From Erysipelothrix larvae (GTDB lineage: Bacteria > Bacillota_I > Bacilli_A > Erysipelotrichales > Erysipelotrichaceae), in assembly GCF_001545095.1 (NCBI RefSeq), contig NZ_CP013213.1, positions 1,140,001-1,172,000 of the forward strand: DNA of 32,000 nucleotides. Reading direction: 5' to 3'. The position numbers and the translations under genes are program-made. The notes below the pieces were generated by a model. That model saw only the letters and a program-made list of their open reading frames with translations, was not told where the DNA came from and did not search any database. Below are positions 26,735 to 32,000 of the stretch, one piece after another. The first letter of the stretch is position 1. Every line of letters starts with the position of its first letter.

Positions 26735-27976
26735 TTAATCCATAAATAACGTTCTTAAGCGTTTGGTTACTGTATTTTCATTTTCATGACTATGATGTTT
26801 ATCCGTTCCGATTACATCTTTGACAAATATTTCTTCGTCGATACTTGATTGACTGCTTCCACGATAGAATTCAGTGTCTTTATAATAATAAAAAGAACCA
26901 ATCAATGAAGTGTATCGTGGATCTTTAACACCAAATGTAGAACTGCGATAAACACGTGCATCTGCATCACTAATGGCATGCATTGTTTCGACAAGTCCAT
27001 CAACACGACTTGCTACACCTGTAAATACATATTCTACGTTTCCGAGTTGATAAATCGGTTCGCATGTATCGTGAATATCATCAAGCATTTTAATGATATC
27101 ATTTCCGATACAATTTAATAAGTCTTTTGCTGATAAATGATGCGAGTTTGATTTTGTTGACCAAATAAAGATTGGATCATCATTGGGACTGACATCACTC
27201 ACGTCCACATCATAAAAAAGCAATCGTTCTACTACATCTCTGGACAACTTGTAAGTCTCCATTAATTTCTTTAAAAAAATCTCGAATCCATAATTCAAAT
27301 GCATTGTAGAAGCAAGTTGACCTTGGTAATATAATGATAATTGTGTAGACATCATTTCGAAGGTTACACCCACGACCGGATGATCTACTGAGGCTTCAAA
27401 TAATAACGCTTCTGAAGCAAAACCAATATCACTTAATACAACATCAATTACTTCAAGCCCTGCATTCTCAACGCATCGTATGATTTCAAACAATGCATCT
27501 TGATTACAATAGTAAGCTTGATAGTCTACTTGTACATTCTCATTGCGTTCATTAACAGGGATTTTACGAGTTGGAACACCATTAACATAAAAACGTGTAA
27601 ACAAGGCATTGACACACACCATGTTTTCTGGTGCAGGATAGGTATAGACTTCTTTTAGAGCACGTTTTAAATCATACTCAGAAATTCTTCCTACTACAGG
27701 TAAGGAAATGCGTTTACTTGTAATTTCATTGTCTAACCCATATACTGAAACAATGACTTTCGATATGTGTGCATTCAGATTAGCTGATGCATTTTGAACC
27801 GCTTTTTCGATTGCTTCAACAATGCGATGTCCACGAACGAGACGCCCATCAATATAACCGTCATGATCGACGTGCTCAACTTTCAGAATGTTTATGCGAC
27901 CATTATAAAACTGACCTACTAATAAACGCACTTCTCGATCCGCTATTTCTAAAGCAGCTATAATTCTCTTTTCCAA
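26735..27976 (-). CDS. ftsA: Divergent FtsA-like actin-fold cell division protein (413 aa) with a TTG start
   Basis: Directly upstream of ftsZ. Collinear with FtsA, e.g. GVKDPRYTSLIGSFYY versus the Bacillus GVRDPQYMTGVGLIQF as I recall it. Basic/amphipathic C-terminal tail TKRLRTLFMD. TTG 27976..27974 lies 8 nt downstream of GGGAGG (27990-27985). The track ATG at 28093 has no SD and adds 39 non-homologous residues. Confidence 0.75.
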   Translation of the reverse strand: MEKRIIAALEIADREVRLLVGQFYNGRINILKVEHVDHDGYIDGRLVRGHRIVEAIEKAVQNASANLNAHISKVIVSVYGLDNEITSKRISLPVVGRISEYDLKRALKEVYTYPAPENMVCVNALFTRFYVNGVPTRKIPVNERNENVQVDYQAYYCNQDALFEIIRCVENAGLEVIDVVLSDIGFASEALLFEASVDHPVVGVTFEMMSTQLSLYYQGQLASTMHLNYGFEIFLKKLMETYKLSRDVVERLLFYDVDVSDVSPNDDPIFIWSTKSNSHHLSAKDLLNCIGNDIIKMLDDIHDTCEPIYQLGNVEYVFTGVASRVDGLVETMHAISDADARVYRSSTFGVKDPRYTSLIGSFYYYKDTEFYRGSSQSSIDEEIFVKDVIGTDKHHSHENENTVTKRLRTLFMD

Positions 27977-28006
27977 ATTGCGAACCTCCCTTGCGCTTAT
28001 ATCAAT

Positions 28007-28072
28007 ATTATCACAAGCAACATTAAATATAAAGTGCAAACCCCGTAAAAATAGTGTTATAAGCGTATTATA
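28007..28072 (-). promoter_or_regulatory. ftsA upstream region with two candidate -10 elements
   Basis: Minus strand has a perfect TATAAT (28072-28067) and TGtGATAAT (hexamer 28012-28007). Neither has a good -35 element at 16-18 nt. Confidence 0.3.
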
Positions 28073-28135
28073 GTCGTGAGTTTTTGACTTCATTTATGAA
28101 AACGTTGACTTTCTTGGTAAAAAAGAAATCTTAAG

Positions 28136-28164
28136 CTTGAAATCCCTAGGTGGTTATGGTATAG
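28136..28164 (+). promoter_or_regulatory. Sigma-A promoter of rpmB
   Basis: TTGAAA (28136-28141), 17-nt spacer, TGg-TATAGT (hexamer 28159-28164). SD AAAGGGGG (28187-28194) lies before the ATG at 28202. Confidence 0.7.
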
Positions 28165-28201
28165 TTTACTAGCGAAATCAATAAAGAAAGGGGGTTACGG
28201 T

Positions 28202-28393
28202 ATGCCAAGAGAGTGCTACGTAACTGGTAAAAAAACTCTATCAGGTAACAAGCGATCACATTCACTACGTGCAACACGTCGTAAATGGAATGTTAATCTT
28301 CAAAAAGCGACAATTATGGTGGATGGAAAACCAACACGTGTCCGTATTTCCGCCCGTGCATTGAAGTCATTGAAGGCTAAAGAAGCGCGTTAA
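28202..28393 (+). CDS. rpmB: 50S ribosomal protein L28
   Basis: 63 aa. [35 protein letters not shown] is the conserved L28 N-terminus. The only plus-strand gene in the window. Confidence 0.95.
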   Translation: MPRECYVTGKKTLSGNKRSHSLRATRRKWNVNLQKATIMVDGKPTRVRISARALKSLKAKEAR

Positions 28394-28410
28394 GCGAAAT
28401 TAATGAAAAT

Positions 28411-28433
28411 CAAACGGCTATGCCGTTTTTTTT
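28411..28433 (+). terminator. Rho-independent terminator of rpmB
   Basis: AAACGGC-TAT-GCCGTTT (28412-28428) followed by a T-run to 28433. Confidence 0.7.
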
Positions 28434-28440
28434 ATACCCA

Positions 28441-28475
28441 AATAATAAAAAAACAACAAGTTTACTTTGTTGTTT
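28441..28475 (-). terminator. Candidate AT-rich terminator of the thiN operon, overlapping the thiN stop codon
   Basis: Minus strand AAACAACAA-AGTAAAC-TTGTTGTTT (28475..28451) followed by TTTTATTATT. Only two G-C pairs. Confidence 0.4.
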
Positions 28476-29061
28476 CATGGTATATGCACAGTACACATAC
28501 ACGACCTTTGTGGATTGTTATTACATGATCGTTATGTATTACCTCATTTGAAGTCAAATATAAATCCCGTGGTGTAATGCTGCGTTTTTGTAATGGATAC
28601 TTAAACCCATCCAAACTAATTACTGAGTCTTCAATGGCAATAAACGACACATATTTTGTATCTTTGGCTATTGTATGTCTTCCAACACCTAATGTATATG
28701 CTTCTTGTGAGTCAGATACAAAGTGTATGCGTGCATCACGTTTTAAGAGTTCAATATTAACTAATAAATGATCAATTCTTCCACCAAATGCACCATAAAC
28801 ATAAATATGATCATAGTTTTTACATAAAGATAAAGCATATTCAAAATCTGTAATATCTTTTATCTTAGGTAATTGATATGTTTTAGTAAGCATCTTGATG
28901 TGTTCATGTTGAGTTTGAGTGACTGAATCAAAATCACCACAAGCACAGATCATGGGTATACTTTGTTTCACACAAATCCACGCACCACGATCGACTCCGA
29001 TGGTGTCTTCTCCTACCAAGACACCATCAAAGTCACGAAGAATTATATTTACAGAGTTCAT
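28462..29061 (-). CDS. thiN: Thiamine pyrophosphokinase
   Basis: 199 aa. GVDRGA...CGDFDS... and the KDITDFEYAL pattern. Conserved position after rpe in the prkC-rsgA-rpe-thiN cluster. Confidence 0.8.
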   Translation of the reverse strand: MNSVNIILRDFDGVLVGEDTIGVDRGAWICVKQSIPMICACGDFDSVTQTQHEHIKMLTKTYQLPKIKDITDFEYALSLCKNYDHIYVYGAFGGRIDHLLVNIELLKRDARIHFVSDSQEAYTLGVGRHTIAKDTKYVSFIAIEDSVISLDGFKYPLQKRSITPRDLYLTSNEVIHNDHVITIHKGRVCVLCIYHETTK

Positions 29062-29705
29062 AATAAGGAAGCTACAGCCTTCTCAATATCACCACTAAAG
29101 ACATAACTTCCGGCAACAAGGACATCAGCACCTTTATTGCGGGCTTTATGACCTGTCTCTTGATTAATGCCACCGTCTACTGAAATTAAATAGTGATAGT
29201 TATTCATAGAGCGCATTTCATCGATTTTCTCAATCCGCTCAAGCATCGAAGGAATGAAAGCTTGGCCACCAAACCCAGGTTCAACACTCATCACCAAAAC
29301 AAGATCCACATATTTTAAATAAGGGTAAATTGCATCTAGAGGTGTACTGGGTCTTAATGTAATCCCTGCCTTAACCCCTTTTTCATGCAATTTCTCAATG
29401 GCATGGATTCCTGTTTCAACATCAATCATTGTTTCAACATGAAAGGTAATTGAATCAGCACCTGCATCAATAAATGCATCAAAGTATTTCACGGGATTTT
29501 CAATCATAAGATGAATATCCATAAAACGATCGGTTAGGGCATTGATTTGCTTTAAGATATCGGGTCCAAAGCTGATATTATTCACAAAAACCCCATCCAT
29601 TACATCATAATGAAACCATTCAGCTGATATTTCAGCCCGTTTAATCTGTAATGGCAATTGCTTAAAATCTATCGCCAATATTGATGGCGCAACTATCTTC
29701 TCCAT
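29058..29705 (-). CDS. rpe: Ribulose-phosphate 3-epimerase
   Basis: 215 aa. PSILA.DF, HyDVMDG.FV.N, H.M, VMSV.PGFGGQ.F and VDGGI motifs. Confidence 0.95.
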   Translation of the reverse strand: MEKIVAPSILAIDFKQLPLQIKRAEISAEWFHYDVMDGVFVNNISFGPDILKQINALTDRFMDIHLMIENPVKYFDAFIDAGADSITFHVETMIDVETGIHAIEKLHEKGVKAGITLRPSTPLDAIYPYLKYVDLVLVMSVEPGFGGQAFIPSMLERIEKIDEMRSMNNYHYLISVDGGINQETGHKARNKGADVLVAGSYVFSGDIEKAVASLL

Positions 29706-30559
29706 TAACGAGAATCCTCCTCAATCAACGCGAGACACTCACAATAATTTTTATATCGAATTTTCGATATATCCCCTGTCTCTACATGAGTCTTAACAGC
29801 ACAACCTGGTTCATTGACATGCATGCAATTTCTAAATCGACACGATTCAAAATAAGGTTTAAAATCTTTAATGTTCTGTGCCAAATATAGCGCATCAACA
29901 TGCGCAAAGTCTAATGAAGAAAAGCCCGGTGTATCTGCAATCCATCCACCAAGAATCTCAAAGAGTTGATTGTGACGCGTTGTATGTTTACCCCGTCCAA
30001 GAGCTTTTGATATCTCTTGGGTATCAATTGAAAGTGATGCATCCAGCTTATTAAGAATACTTGATTTTCCAACACCACTTTGCCCAGCTAATACAGAAAT
30101 CTTATCTTTGAACACAGATTCAATGCCTAATTGATCATCATACTTGCTGACAGCATAGATATCATAGCCACTTGATTTATATTCATCGATAATCGTTGCG
30201 AGTGTTTGTTCATCGATTAAATCTTTTTTTGTAATGATAATAACAGGATCGATGGCTTCAGTACATACTAAAAACAGCAATCGATCGACGAGTGTATAGG
30301 AAAAGTCTGGGTTTTTTGCTGACATAACGATTAACGCTTGGTCAACATTCGCAACCAGAGGACGTATCAGTGCGTTTCTTCGTGGTAAGACTTTTTGAAT
30401 CACCCATTTTTCATCAAGCATTTCAATCTCAACAAAATCCCCTACTACTGGTTTTTCACGAAGCCGTAACTTCCCCATTGCAACTGCAACAAACATTGAA
30501 CCATTCAGTTCAACGGTATAGCGATTTGAAACAATCTTAACTATGCGTGCCTTCTCCAT
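29705..30559 (-). CDS. rsgA: Ribosome small-subunit biogenesis GTPase RsgA (CpgA/YloQ)
   Basis: 284 aa. Circularly permuted GTPase with ITKKD (G4) preceding GQSGVGKSS (G1). C-terminal zinc finger CRFRNCMHVNEPGCAV. Confidence 0.9.
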   Translation of the reverse strand: MEKARIVKIVSNRYTVELNGSMFVAVAMGKLRLREKPVVGDFVEIEMLDEKWVIQKVLPRRNALIRPLVANVDQALIVMSAKNPDFSYTLVDRLLFLVCTEAIDPVIIITKKDLIDEQTLATIIDEYKSSGYDIYAVSKYDDQLGIESVFKDKISVLAGQSGVGKSSILNKLDASLSIDTQEISKALGRGKHTTRHNQLFEILGGWIADTPGFSSLDFAHVDALYLAQNIKDFKPYFESCRFRNCMHVNEPGCAVKTHVETGDISKIRYKNYCECLALIEEDSR

Positions 30560-30580
30560 CGTCTCTCTCTTTCATACAGG

Positions 30581-32000
30581 TTAATTCGTATTATCGGTAT
30601 CATCTGAATTGTCATTGGAATTCGTATTAAAGGTAGGCTTATCTGCCACATCATAGAATGACAATGTCACGGATGAGTTTTCAAGTTGAACATAATAACT
30701 TCCAGCAAATGGGTTTTGGTCTATAACAACACCAAATTGTAAGCTGTTGACCCGTTCTTCACTCATACCAGCCATTGAAAGACGGTTTAACTTAACAACA
30801 ATCCCTAAATCCTCTAATGTTTTTTGTGCTTCTTCAATTGGTTTGCCACGGAAATCCTGCATGATAATCTCAGGTTCTGAACTAATGAGTAGGGTTAGAA
30901 TATACTTCTGACTTGGATTAATCATTTGTCCTACACTTAATCCCTCTTGACCTACGATAATCCCAGGTTCTACTGTGGAATCCGAAACAGTACGTGTTTG
31001 AATTGTAATATTAGGATAGTTTGCAAGAATTTCTTGCACCTGTGCCCGTGTTTTCCCTGCAAAATCAGGAATTTCAAATAACCTGCCTTGTGACACTGTT
31101 ACCCGTATTTGAGATCCAGGTTCTATTTGTGTCCCTGAAACTGGACGTGTTGCTATAATATATCCTTTATCAAACTCTTCAGAATAATCATACGATAATG
31201 AGTCATTGATGTAAATATTATGTTCTGCAAGTTGAGCCCGTGCATCGTCAATATGGACACCAACTAAATCTTCAAGATAATATGGAGCGGGTGGTTTTGG
31301 CCAAAAGATAATGCCAAGAGTAACAACAATTGCTGCGATTAGCACAGTTGCAATACTCACTTGAATTTTCTTTTTCCTTGACCAAGGTTCCTTAATGACA
31401 TCGTCATCAATATCTTCATCATCAATTCCATTTAAGGCTGTAATCATCTTTGTTTCTTCATCATCAATAATATTTGGCAACCACAATGCTTCATGAATCC
31501 GTTGGGGATCAAGAGATGTGCTTAAATCTTCAAACATATCTTGTGCCAATCGGTAACGATATATTTTATTTTTTTGACATGCTTTAGTAATAATATTTGC
31601 GAATGAATGAGGAATTTCGGAGTTGTACTTCAAGACTGATGGCATTGGATCTTTTAAATGCTTCATGGCAACTTCTACGGATGTTTCACCACGATATGGT
31701 AAAGCACCTGTAATTAATTCGAAAAACACAATTCCCATTGCATAAATATCAGATTGAATCGTTGCACCATCTCCACGCACACACTCTGGTGCCAAATAGT
31801 GCACCGAACCCATGACAGAATCAACTTTTGTTAATTGAAGGGCATCATTGGCAAGTGCAATCCCAAAGTCAGCAATTTTAACAGTGCCATCATCTTTGAC
31901 TAAAATGTTTTGCGGTTTGATGTCACGGTGAACAATCCCAGCTTCATGCGCACATTTAACTGCACTTACAAGTTGTTTCATGATTGAGAGTGCTTCATAT
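30581..32000 (-). CDS. prkC: PASTA-domain Ser/Thr protein kinase (PrkC/PknB type), N-terminus beyond the right window edge
   Basis: The frame stays open upstream of the track Met (..YEALSIMKQLVSAVKCAHEAGIVHRDIKPQNILV). Catalytic loop HRDIKPQN, DFG and APE motifs, a TM segment IATVLIAAIVVTLGIIFW, then three PASTA-like repeats (LEDLVGVHIDDARAQL, IPDFAGKTRAQVQEIL, MQDFRGKPIEEAQKTL). Confidence 0.9.
   Translation of the reverse strand, partial: YEALSIMKQLVSAVKCAHEAGIVHRDIKPQNILVKDDGTVKIADFGIALANDALQLTKVDSVMGSVHYLAPECVRGDGATIQSDIYAMGIVFFELITGALPYRGETSVEVAMKHLKDPMPSVLKYNSEIPHSFANIITKACQKNKIYRYRLAQDMFEDLSTSLDPQRIHEALWLPNIIDDEETKMITALNGIDDEDIDDDVIKEPWSRKKKIQVSIATVLIAAIVVTLGIIFWPKPPAPYYLEDLVGVHIDDARAQLAEHNIYINDSLSYDYSEEFDKGYIIATRPVSGTQIEPGSQIRVTVSQGRLFEIPDFAGKTRAQVQEILANYPNITIQTRTVSDSTVEPGIIVGQEGLSVGQMINPSQKYILTLLISSEPEIIMQDFRGKPIEEAQKTLEDLGIVVKLNRLSMAGMSEERVNSLQFGVVIDQNPFAGSYYVQLENSSVTLSFYDVADKPTFNTNSNDNSDDTDNTN

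Noticed and set aside
5857-32000. Searched for mobile elements, prophage remnants, toxin-antitoxin pairs, restriction-modification or other defence cassettes, tRNA/rRNA genes and riboswitch leaders
   Set aside because: No integrase, transposase or recombinase-like ORFs, terminal inverted repeats or cloverleaf-like sequences were seen. The region is almost fully occupied by recognisable housekeeping genes with short intergenic gaps.

Overview
AT-rich chromosomal segment of Bacillota (Firmicutes) type, densely packed with housekeeping genes. Every gene except rpmB is on the minus strand.

Gene order, reading the minus strand from right to left:
- prkC (5' end off-window), rsgA, rpe, thiN; then rpmB, convergent on the plus strand
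- ftsA-like, ftsZ
- a UMF1-type MFS transporter and an uncharacterised 322-aa protein
- cinA-like, radC, mreC, mreD
- an AI-2E permease and an orphan ZnuA/TroA-fold lipoprotein
- polA, mutM, coaE, dnaB (Bacillus-type), dnaI
- pfkA, pyk, glcK
- two tandem M29 aminopeptidases and a YbaK/ProX-type deacylase
- one very large gene filling the left 4.9 kb.

That gene (1..4934, minus) is missing from the supplied ORF track because it has no stop codon inside the window. It encodes a signal peptide, a non-repeat N-terminal domain of about 160 aa, and at least 20 tandem 71-aa Listeria-Bacteroides-type repeats. The distal repeats (about 1..2024) are near-identical, mosaic higher-order DNA repeats.

I found no CRISPR array, tRNA or rRNA gene, transposase, integrase, prophage or recognisable defence system, and I cannot point to a convincing novel multi-gene system. 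The most unusual items are single-gene oddities:
- the open-ended repeat adhesin and its recombining repeats
- an FtsA homologue with degenerate nucleotide-binding motifs and a TTG start
- a histidine-free orphan ZnuA-like lipoprotein
- mreCD without mreB
- a two-gene insert of unknown function between ftsZ and cinA.

All calls come from reading the sequence and from remembered family signatures. No database search was possible.
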